A DNA stretch of 64,000 nt, taken from the NCBI GenBank assembly GCA_050010135.1, contig JBEKLP010000004.1:2932-66931 (forward strand), read 5' to 3'. Positions 44,134-51,893 of the stretch are shown in pieces (position 1 is the first letter of the stretch; each line of letters starts with the position of its first letter). This DNA is from Anaerolineales bacterium (lineage in GTDB: Bacteria > Chloroflexota > Anaerolineae > Anaerolineales > RBG-16-64-43). The notes beneath the pieces are model-generated. The model saw only the letters and a list, made by a program, of their open reading frames with translations. It was not told where the DNA came from and searched no databases. Position numbers and translations under genes: made by a program.

Positions 44134-44973
44134 ATGCCCCCCCCTATAAAAAAAACCAACACCGCGCGGCATCCATCCATCCTTGTTCTTGAGCCGATAT
44201 ATGGTCTGGCCAATCGAATGGGATTCGTCGATTCGGCTATTGCCCTCTCGAAGAAATTGGAACTGGATCTCCAGATCCTCTGGTTCCGCGACCCGACCTT
44301 AAACTGCCGTTTTGACGATCTGTACGTTGTCCCGCAATCCATTTCCCGAGTCGTCGATATCCGGCTGGGGAATTTCTCTCGACTTTTTCGAAAGATTCTC
44401 CGCGCATATTTTTCCCATGCGTTTGATTTTTTTGCAGGCCCGAATCAAATAAAGGGGTTGCTTGCCCGGCAATATAACTTTGAAGAGCTTCAGGGATGCC
44501 ATCGCATCTTCCTGTGGGGATACAGGCAATTCTATCCTTCCGCATTACCTTTCTCCGATCTGGTTCCGACGAAAGCCCTCCAATCGCTTATCGATTCCTA
44601 CGATTTGGGGGAGCGAGCCGTCGGCGTGCATATCCGACGTACCGATTTTAAGTTATCTGACTACTATAGTACGACTTCCTGGTTTATTGCGGCGATGAAG
44701 AAAGAAGTGCAGCAGGATCCGAATACCGTCTTTTTTGTTGCCAGCGACTCCCCCGATGAAGAGGAACGTATGCGCAGGGAGTTTCCGGATAGAATTCTCG
44801 TGCATAGAAAACGCAGTTATAACCGAGACAATCCGATTGCTGTACAGGATGCATTGATCGATCTCTATTGTCTTGCCAAATGCCGGAAACTTCTTGGCAG
44901 TTACGAAAGTTCCTTTTCGGAAATGGCGTGGCAAATTCGAGGAATCGAAAAGCATATTTCTTCGGATGTATGA
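44134..44973 (+). CDS. Putative fucosyltransferase-like glycosyltransferase (GT11/GT23-type 'HxRRxD' motif)
   Basis: 'SILVLEPIYGLANRMGFV' resembles the GT11 'GGLGNQMFQY' start, and 'VGVHIRRTDF' resembles the fucosyltransferase HxRRGD motif. 'VFFVASDSPDE' and 'DLYCLAKCRKLLGSYESSFSEMA' form the C-terminal block. Start is ambiguous (TTG 44047, ATG 44077, ATG 44134). A sampled 60-nt line is ~40% GC. Confidence 0.55.
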   Translation: MPPPIKKTNTARHPSILVLEPIYGLANRMGFVDSAIALSKKLELDLQILWFRDPTLNCRFDDLYVVPQSISRVVDIRLGNFSRLFRKILRAYFSHAFDFFAGPNQIKGLLARQYNFEELQGCHRIFLWGYRQFYPSALPFSDLVPTKALQSLIDSYDLGERAVGVHIRRTDFKLSDYYSTTSWFIAAMKKEVQQDPNTVFFVASDSPDEEERMRREFPDRILVHRKRSYNRDNPIAVQDALIDLYCLAKCRKLLGSYESSFSEMAWQIRGIEKHISSDV

Positions 44974-45020
44974 GTTCCGGATGTCCAAGACGCAATTATT
45001 GAAAGAGGACCATCCGCCGA

Positions 45021-46232
45021 ATGGATTCGATGAACGATAACACAGGATCTCCATTGCGAATCGCATTGGTTATCGCGCGCTTGAATGTCGGCGGACCGGC
45101 TACGCATGTGATCGAACTTGCGGCAGGCCTGCCGCGGGACGAGTTCGAGGTCCGGCTGATTACCGGGCGCGAAGGGCCGGGAGAAACCGGGATGCACTAT
45201 CTAGCCGAGCAAATGGGGGTGAAGCCGGAAATTCTCCTGCAACTTTCACCGCGGATCGGGCCGGCCGACGTGCTCGTCTTCCTCCGCCTGCGGGCCATTT
45301 TCCGAAATTGGAAACCCGATGTGGTTCATACCCACACGGCAAAGGCGGGCGCGGTGGGCCGCACGGCGGCCCGCTGCGCCGGCGTGCCGGTGGTGGTGCA
45401 CACCTTCCACGGCCATGTGCTGCGCGGGTATTTTTCCCCTCCGGTTGAATTCTTCTTCCGATCGCTCGAACGGATGCTTGCCCGCATCACAGATAAGATC
45501 GTCACCCTCAGCCCGGCGCTGAAAGCCGATCTGGTCGATATGGGAATCGCCCCGGCCGGGAAGATCGATGTGGTTCCCCTGGGTATGAATCTCGATCCGC
45601 TCCTGGACTGTTCGTCACGTCGCGGGGAGCTGAGATCCGAGCTGGGAATCGGCCCGGATCAACCCCTGATAGGAATTGTGGGACGTTTGGTGGCTATCAA
45701 GAATCACCGCCTATTTCTGGAGGCGGCGCGAAGCATGGTAGACTCGGGAAATCCGGCCCATTTTGCGATCGTAGGGGATGGGGAATTGCGCAATTCGCTT
45801 CAGGAACTTGCGAGCGAGATGGGAATCGCAAGCCGCGTGCATTTCCTGGGCTGGAAAAAGGATATGCTGCCGGTGTACGCGGCGTTTGACCTGCTCGCGT
45901 TGACCTCCGACAACGAAGGGACCCCGGTGGCGGTCATCGAAGCCATGGCCGCCGGTGTGCCGGTAGTGGCGACGGCGGTGGGGGGCGTGCCGGATGTGAT
46001 CCGGGACGGGGAAACGGGGTGGCTCGTGCCGCCCGGAGACGCGTCGGCACTCCGCCGCGCCTGGCTGGCAGCCCTACGACGGGATCCAAGTATCGAGGCT
46101 GCCATTATCCGTGGCCAACGGGAAGTGTTGGAGCGCTTTGGACAGGAACAAATGATTTCCACGATGGCTGATTTGTATCGCCGTTTGGCATCCAAGACAG
46201 ACGAAACCGCCCGCATCCGGCCAGCTGCATGA
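45021..46232 (+). CDS. Glycosyltransferase family 4
   Basis: 'LRIALVIARLNVGGPATHVIELAAGL' and 'NEGTPVAVIEAMAAGVPVVATAVGGVPDVIRDGETGWLVPPGD'. Confidence 0.85.
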   Translation: MDSMNDNTGSPLRIALVIARLNVGGPATHVIELAAGLPRDEFEVRLITGREGPGETGMHYLAEQMGVKPEILLQLSPRIGPADVLVFLRLRAIFRNWKPDVVHTHTAKAGAVGRTAARCAGVPVVVHTFHGHVLRGYFSPPVEFFFRSLERMLARITDKIVTLSPALKADLVDMGIAPAGKIDVVPLGMNLDPLLDCSSRRGELRSELGIGPDQPLIGIVGRLVAIKNHRLFLEAARSMVDSGNPAHFAIVGDGELRNSLQELASEMGIASRVHFLGWKKDMLPVYAAFDLLALTSDNEGTPVAVIEAMAAGVPVVATAVGGVPDVIRDGETGWLVPPGDASALRRAWLAALRRDPSIEAAIIRGQREVLERFGQEQMISTMADLYRRLASKTDETARIRPAA

Positions 46233-47755
46233 GCCAATATCTTCCTCTTGTCATCCTCGCCTTCCTAGCTGCGTTCGTAGCCACTCCGATCGTCGGACGG
46301 GTGGCTTCACGCACGGGGTTTGTGGATGAACCCCAGCCGCACAAAATGCACGTCCGCCCGATACCACTCCTGGGCGGGCTCGCGATCTACCTCGCATTGT
46401 GCGTCGCCCTGTTCATCACCCTATTTCGGGTGAACCTCGCTTCCGATATGACCCAGATGGCGGCGATCGCCGTTGGCGCGACGCTCCTCATGCTGGTGGG
46501 ATTGTGGGATGACCGGCGGGGAATTGCGCCTCGTGCGAAGCTTCTGGCCCAGATAGCGGCCGGGCTGATTGCAGCCGCCGCCGGCGTGCGAGTGTTTTTA
46601 TTCCCGTGGCCGGTTATGAACTTTGCGATCACGCTGTTCTGGTTCGTGGGAATCAGCAACGCCGTCAACCTGATGGACAACATGGACGGTCTGGCGGCGG
46701 GAACGTCCGCGGTTTCCGCACTCTTCTTCACCATTCTGGCCGCCTCCGCCGGCCAGGGTTTGGTGGCAAGCCTCGCGGCAGCGGTGACGGGCGCTTCACT
46801 CGGGTTCCTCTACTACAATATTTCGCCCGCGATGATTTTCATGGGAGATACGGGATCGCTGCTTCTGGGGTTCCTCCTGGCGGTGATTGGAATTAAATAT
46901 TCCCCGACCACGCTTCCACTGGGATCTACCTGGATGGTTCCGATCGTCGTGCTCGGGCTTCCGGTGTTTGATACCACACTGGTCACGTTTTCAAGGCTGC
47001 TCTCTCGGAGGCCGGTTTCCCAAGGTGGAACCGATCACACCTCGCACCGGTTGGCCCGGCTTGGATTGGGCATCAACCGGGCGGTCCTTACGATGTATAT
47101 CCTAGCCGCGGCGTTGGGTATGTTGGCCATCTATATCACCCAATCCCCGCCCGCGACGGCGACCGTTCTGTTCATAGCGCTGCTGGCGGTGGGCGTGATC
47201 GGACTGCTGATCCTGGAACGCGCGCGTCCGATTCCTTCCACCAACCCGTTGGTGGTCATCCTGGCGGAGGACGACCAAGCGCGGACGGCGATCCGGGCGG
47301 CGCGGGAGATCTCGTCTCAGTTGGCGGTGGTGGCTTCCCCGCGCTCGGATCCGGCGATTCTGCGCGCTTATCTGCGTGAGTTGGCACTGACGCCGGAGGC
47401 GTTTTCCCGGTGGCTGGACTCTGGTACAGACGACGCCGTCGGGCCGAAAGAAATGTGGAACGAGGTTTTCCGACTATGCGGTATTGTGGTGCAGGTCACC
47501 GACGGCTCGCATCCGGCGCGCTTGTTGGAGCTATTGCGCGAGTCGCATCTGGTCATCGTCTGCCGCGGGCAGGGCTGGTCCCCGGGGGTCCGCGCGTTGC
47601 TCTCCGAATTCCGCGGCCGAATGGTCCTAGCGCCCGGAGTGGAACTCCGCGGCGAGTTCACCCTTCCGGAAAACCAGTGGAACGACCCGAAGATTCTCCT
47701 CCGCGTACTCGAGGATACCCTGCTGGGAGCCCAACGAAAGGAAAAGAAATCATGA
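46229..47755 (+). CDS. Polyprenyl-phosphate N-acetylhexosamine-1-phosphate transferase (MraY/WecA family, polytopic PGT) with ~170-aa C-terminal cytoplasmic extension
   Basis: ATGA overlap. 'IPLLGGLAIY', 'GLWDDRRGI', 'NAVNLMDNMDGLAAG', 'IFMGDTGSLLLGF' and 'PVFDTTLV' are MraY/WecA-family motifs over ~335 aa with ~10-11 TM helices. A hydrophilic 170-aa tail follows. Confidence 0.85.
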   Translation: MSQYLPLVILAFLAAFVATPIVGRVASRTGFVDEPQPHKMHVRPIPLLGGLAIYLALCVALFITLFRVNLASDMTQMAAIAVGATLLMLVGLWDDRRGIAPRAKLLAQIAAGLIAAAAGVRVFLFPWPVMNFAITLFWFVGISNAVNLMDNMDGLAAGTSAVSALFFTILAASAGQGLVASLAAAVTGASLGFLYYNISPAMIFMGDTGSLLLGFLLAVIGIKYSPTTLPLGSTWMVPIVVLGLPVFDTTLVTFSRLLSRRPVSQGGTDHTSHRLARLGLGINRAVLTMYILAAALGMLAIYITQSPPATATVLFIALLAVGVIGLLILERARPIPSTNPLVVILAEDDQARTAIRAAREISSQLAVVASPRSDPAILRAYLRELALTPEAFSRWLDSGTDDAVGPKEMWNEVFRLCGIVVQVTDGSHPARLLELLRESHLVIVCRGQGWSPGVRALLSEFRGRMVLAPGVELRGEFTLPENQWNDPKILLRVLEDTLLGAQRKEKKS

Positions 47756-48726
47756 CGCATACGCTCATTACCGGCGGCGCCGGGTTCATCGGCAGCCACC
47801 TGGCCGAAGCGCTTCTTGCGCGCGGGGACCAGGTGACTGTCATCGACGATTTGTCGACGGGCCGATTCGAAAATATCGCGCTCCTGGCGGAAAAGCCCGG
47901 GTTCCGCTTCGCCCTGGAAACAATTACCAACGAAACGGTCATGGACCGGCTGGGAAGCGAGTGCGATCGCATCCTACACCTGGCGGCGGCGGTGGGCGTC
48001 CAGCTCATCGTTAACGATCCGGTACGCACCATCGAAACAAACGTCATGGGAACCGAGGCCGTGCTGCGCGTCGCGCGGCGCTACCGCAAGAAGGTTTTTC
48101 TGGCATCCACCTCGGAAGTTTACGGCAAGAACGACAAAGTCCCGTTCCGCGAGGAGGACGACGGGGTTTTCGGCGCCACCACGATCACCCGCTGGGCCTA
48201 TGCCACGTCCAAGGCGCTCGACGAATTCCTGGCCCTGGCCTACTTTCGATCGAAAAGCCTTCCGGTGGTCATCGGCCGGTTCTTTAATACCATCGGCCCG
48301 CGCCAGAGTGCGCAATACGGCATGGTCATTCCCCGCTTTGTACGCCAGGCCCTATCGGACGAACCGATCACCGTGTACGGCGACGGCAAGCAAACCCGGT
48401 GCTTCTGCAACGTGCGCGATGTGGTGGCGGCGATTCTCCTGCTGCTCGAACATCCCGGCGCGGAGGGCCAGGTGTTCAACATCGGCTCCCAGGAGGAAAT
48501 CGGCATGCGCACCTTGGCCGACATGGTCAAAGCCCGCACGGGTTCTTCCTCCGAAATCCGGGCGGTCCCCTACGATCAGGCTTACGATGGGGGATTTGAA
48601 GATATGCGCCGGCGGGTCCCGGATATCCATAAGATCCAACAAGCCACGGGGTGGTCGCCGAAGATTCCCCTGGCTCAAACCTTGGACGAGATTATCGCGT
48701 ACTTCCGCAACCGGCCGGCGGCGTAG
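47752..48726 (+). CDS. NAD-dependent nucleotide-sugar epimerase/dehydratase (UXS / ArnA-decarboxylase-like SDR)
   Basis: ATGA overlap. 'LITGGAGFIGSHLAEALL', 'TSEVYG', 'YATSKALDEFLALAY' (YxxxK), 'RFFNTIGPRQ'. Confidence 0.8.
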   Translation: MTHTLITGGAGFIGSHLAEALLARGDQVTVIDDLSTGRFENIALLAEKPGFRFALETITNETVMDRLGSECDRILHLAAAVGVQLIVNDPVRTIETNVMGTEAVLRVARRYRKKVFLASTSEVYGKNDKVPFREEDDGVFGATTITRWAYATSKALDEFLALAYFRSKSLPVVIGRFFNTIGPRQSAQYGMVIPRFVRQALSDEPITVYGDGKQTRCFCNVRDVVAAILLLLEHPGAEGQVFNIGSQEEIGMRTLADMVKARTGSSSEIRAVPYDQAYDGGFEDMRRRVPDIHKIQQATGWSPKIPLAQTLDEIIAYFRNRPAA

Positions 48727-48735
48727 GCGGGGACC

Positions 48736-50157
48736 ATGGCAAATCCCTCCTCCATCCCGCGATCCGGATTGACCGTTTCCGAACGTCAGGCATTGCTGTT
48801 TGCGGGTGATTTGCTTTGCGTGCTCCTCGCGGTGGGGGCTGCCTGGATCCTCTGGATGGGGCTGGATCACACGCTGAGCGATCCGATTAAATTCTTCCGG
48901 ACCCGAGATGCCATCACGCCGTTCCTTTGGCTGGGCCCGCTGTGGTTCTTCCTCATTTCCCATTTGTACGATCCGCACGCGGCCTTTTCCCGCGAACGTA
49001 CGCTCTTCGGGCTGGGCGTGGCCACCGCCATCTCCCTGATACCGTATCTGGTGTTGTACTTCTTCGCCGCCCCCGGTTCTTTGCCGCGCGCGGGGATCGT
49101 GGTTTATCTGATCGTTCTTACCGGATTGGAATTCGGATGGAGGATGCTCGCCATCCGGTTGTTTACGCTTCCCATGTTGCAGCGCCCAACCTTGATCATT
49201 GGCGCAGGACGGGCGGGAACGGGAATCATCCGCGTGCTGACCCGCGATGTACCAGGGCATTTCCGCGTCCAAGGCCTGATCGACGACGATCCCGAAAAAC
49301 GTGGGACGAAATTGAACGACATCCCGATTCTGGGCGGATGGCAAGTCCTACGGGATGCGGTTTGCGGGCAGGGGATTTCGGTTCTCGTGCTGGCCATCAC
49401 CGGAAAAATCCATCCGGAACTGTTCCAGGCCATTCTGGATTGCCAGGAAATGGGGGTGGAGGTGATCCGCATGCCCGCGCTGTATGAGTCCCTGTTGGGG
49501 CGCGTGCCCATCGAATACCTCAGCGCCGACTGGCTGTTGACCTCTTTTTTGGACAGCGTCAACTTGTATGATCTCTACAGCCCATTGAAACGCCTGCTGG
49601 ATATTCTCATTTCGCTGGCGGGGATGGCCATCGGGGTGATCCTTTTTCCGATCCTTGCCGTCATCATCCGCCTGGATTCGCCGGGGCCGATCCTCTACCG
49701 GCAGGAACGATCGGGCAAGGGCGGACACCCGATCGGGGTATGGAAGTATCGTACGATGGTGCGCAACGCGGAACCCGACGGCGAGGCGCGCTGGGCGTCA
49801 CCGGAAGATCCGCGCGTCACACGCATAGGCAAATGGATGCGCCGCACCCGGTTGGATGAGATCCCCCAATTTTGGAACGTCCTGCGCGGTGATATGAGCC
49901 TGATCGGGCCGCGTCCCGAGCGACCGGAGTGGATCGCACAGCTGGAAAAACAGATTCCCTTTTACCGCGCGCGCCTTCTGGTTCAGCCGGGCCTGACGGG
50001 ATGGTCGCAGGTGAACTACGGATACGTCCGTACGGTCGAGGACACGGCGCTGAAGCTCGAATACGATCTCTATTACATCCGCCATCGTTCCCCGATCCTG
50101 GATTTAAAAATTCTTCTGCGCACCATGGGCACCCTGATCCGTTTCCAAGGATCCTGA
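48736..50157 (+). CDS. Polyprenyl glycosylphosphotransferase (WbaP/EpsB-type 'bacterial sugar transferase', monotopic-PGT catalytic domain)
   Basis: 473 aa. About 4 N-terminal TM helices, a central Rossmann-like 'LIIGAGRAGTGII' region, and the C-terminal 'KRLLDILISLAGMAIGVILFPILAVIIRLDSPGPILYRQERSGKGG', 'DEIPQFWNVLRGDMSLIGPRP'. Confidence 0.9.
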   Translation: MANPSSIPRSGLTVSERQALLFAGDLLCVLLAVGAAWILWMGLDHTLSDPIKFFRTRDAITPFLWLGPLWFFLISHLYDPHAAFSRERTLFGLGVATAISLIPYLVLYFFAAPGSLPRAGIVVYLIVLTGLEFGWRMLAIRLFTLPMLQRPTLIIGAGRAGTGIIRVLTRDVPGHFRVQGLIDDDPEKRGTKLNDIPILGGWQVLRDAVCGQGISVLVLAITGKIHPELFQAILDCQEMGVEVIRMPALYESLLGRVPIEYLSADWLLTSFLDSVNLYDLYSPLKRLLDILISLAGMAIGVILFPILAVIIRLDSPGPILYRQERSGKGGHPIGVWKYRTMVRNAEPDGEARWASPEDPRVTRIGKWMRRTRLDEIPQFWNVLRGDMSLIGPRPERPEWIAQLEKQIPFYRARLLVQPGLTGWSQVNYGYVRTVEDTALKLEYDLYYIRHRSPILDLKILLRTMGTLIRFQGS

Positions 50158-50175
50158 GGACGGATTCTTCCGGAA

Positions 50176-51195
50176 ATGAGTTCCCCTAGGCCGCCCGCCT
50201 CACCGCGCACGATTCTCTCCGAGACAGTCTCCGGCCCGCGCCGGGCGGTATTTCCCCGCGACGTGCCGCAAATAACCGAATTGGTGGAGCAGTGTTTTTC
50301 CGGCACCCTGGATTATTCCTCGCGCCACATTCTCCGCAACGTCCGTTGGATCGCCGAGCGGGGGGAGATTTTCTGGAAGCTATCCATTTTATTGGGAAGC
50401 GTGAATTCGGAGGAATGGGTCGTTGCCTCGGTCTGGGAGGATGAGGGCAGGGTGGTGGGGAACGCCACGCTGACCCTGCGCAAACCGGAAAACGGCGCGT
50501 GGCTGATTTCCAACGTGGCCATTCATCCGGATTTCCGCCGGCGCGGTTTTGGGCGCGGCTTGATTCGTTTCGCGCTGGATGAGATTCGTTCCCGCGGGGG
50601 ACGGAAAGCATACCTGCAGGTGGACGTGGAAAATGAGACGGCGGTCCGCATATACCGCGAGCTGGGCTTTGAGGAAATCGGCCGCCGCATCAACTGGACC
50701 CGCATGCCCGGCCCCACGACGCGAGTAGACCCGGCGGATTCGAGCGATCCTTCGTACCGGATCGCACCGCGGCGGGCGTCGGAATGGCGCGAAGAATACG
50801 ATTTCTGGAAAGGGATCAGCCCCGCGGGGTTCGCCTGGAATACGCCGTTGACCGCAGGATTATTTCGCCCTTCGGTGGCAAGACGGCTGGAGCAGGTGTT
50901 GCTCGGTGAATCGGAAAAGCATTTCCTCGCCCGGCGCGGGGAGCGGGTGGAAGCGGCGCTTTTCACCTACCAGCGCTTTTTCGGCTGGGAAGGATTCCTA
51001 ATGCAGACTGAGGGATCCGGCGGCAGCGTGGAACTCGCGCTATGGAAGGAAGTTTGGAAAGACACCTTCCCCCAGGTGAATTGCCTGCTGGAAACCGTGC
51101 CGGAATCTTCCACCGCCGTCCTGGAACATTTGGGATTCCAAAAACGCCGTACGTTCCAATGGATGCGGTATACTATTAAAGGAGGTGGACCATGA
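50176..51195 (+). CDS. GNAT-family N-acetyltransferase (two-domain)
   Basis: 'VAIHPDFRRRGFGRGLIRFAL' acetyl-CoA binding motif and 'AVRIYRELGFEE'. An additional ~160-aa C-terminal region is of unknown function. Confidence 0.8.
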   Translation: MSSPRPPASPRTILSETVSGPRRAVFPRDVPQITELVEQCFSGTLDYSSRHILRNVRWIAERGEIFWKLSILLGSVNSEEWVVASVWEDEGRVVGNATLTLRKPENGAWLISNVAIHPDFRRRGFGRGLIRFALDEIRSRGGRKAYLQVDVENETAVRIYRELGFEEIGRRINWTRMPGPTTRVDPADSSDPSYRIAPRRASEWREEYDFWKGISPAGFAWNTPLTAGLFRPSVARRLEQVLLGESEKHFLARRGERVEAALFTYQRFFGWEGFLMQTEGSGGSVELALWKEVWKDTFPQVNCLLETVPESSTAVLEHLGFQKRRTFQWMRYTIKGGGP

Positions 51196-51593
51196 CCCGA
51201 TTTTTAATTCGACTAGGAATTAACGCCGTGGCCATCTATGCGGCCATCCGACTGGTGCCGGAAATCTATGGTGCCCTTCGGCCGGGGCAGGGACTCGTAG
51301 TGCAATCCACCAATTGGATGGCAATCGTGGTCTTGGCGCTGATCTTCGGTTTGGTCAATACGCTTTTGGGGCCGATCCTGAAATTTCTCACCTGCCCATT
51401 CATCCTGATCACTCTCGGCCTGTTTACGCTCCTCATCAACACCTTTCTCTTCTGGCTCACCGGGCAGATTGGCAATCTCTTCGGTTTTGGCTTCCAGGCG
51501 GATTTCATCGCCGCCTTCCTGGGAGCGCTGATCATTGCCGTGGTCAATGTGGTGCTCTCAGGAGTCTTCAGTGACGAATTGAAGAAGGCCTGA
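51192..51593 (+). CDS. Small 4-TM membrane protein (DUF360 / phage holin superfamily IV-like)
   Basis: 133 aa, ATGA overlap with the GNAT gene. 'LIRLGINAVAIYAAIRLVP' and three further hydrophobic helices match the DUF360 architecture. Confidence 0.7.
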   Translation: MTRFLIRLGINAVAIYAAIRLVPEIYGALRPGQGLVVQSTNWMAIVVLALIFGLVNTLLGPILKFLTCPFILITLGLFTLLINTFLFWLTGQIGNLFGFGFQADFIAAFLGALIIAVVNVVLSGVFSDELKKA

Positions 51594-51627
51594 TCCTCTG
51601 GTTGGGCAGCGCGGAACCATCGACAGG

Positions 51628-51671
51628 CGCCCGCAGCCGAACATAAAAATCGGCGGCGGGCGTTCTTTTTT
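51628..51671 (+). terminator. Rho-independent terminator
   Basis: The 12-bp stem 'cgcccgcagccg' (51628-51639) pairs with 'cggcggcgggcg' (51651-51662) with one mismatch. The loop is 11 nt and the stem is followed by 'ttctttttt'. It sits 35 nt after the last cluster gene. Confidence 0.8.
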
Positions 51672-51893
51672 GCTTTCCGCATTCTTTTATCGGTGATCGA
51701 TTACGATCGCTGTTTCGATTAAGTTGCTCTGGTTGGCGGTAAATTTTAAGTCCGGGGATTCGACGCATCAGTGGGCATTATCATCGATTTCCTGATCTCA
51801 TTTTTCCGGAGGTTTCAGACTATAATTTGCGAATATTCTTCGCGGTGTTTCGTCGCCATATGGATTGTTGTTCTTCCGGTAGGAGTCGCCAAT

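Noticed and set aside
42620-44973. The low-GC islands (also 16.2-18.3 kb and 39.0-39.9 kb), considered as mobile genomic islands or IS insertions.
   Set aside because: I found no transposase, integrase, tRNA attachment site or terminal inverted repeats. They are better explained as recombinational gene replacement within a glycan locus and are reported as findings, not as mobile elements.
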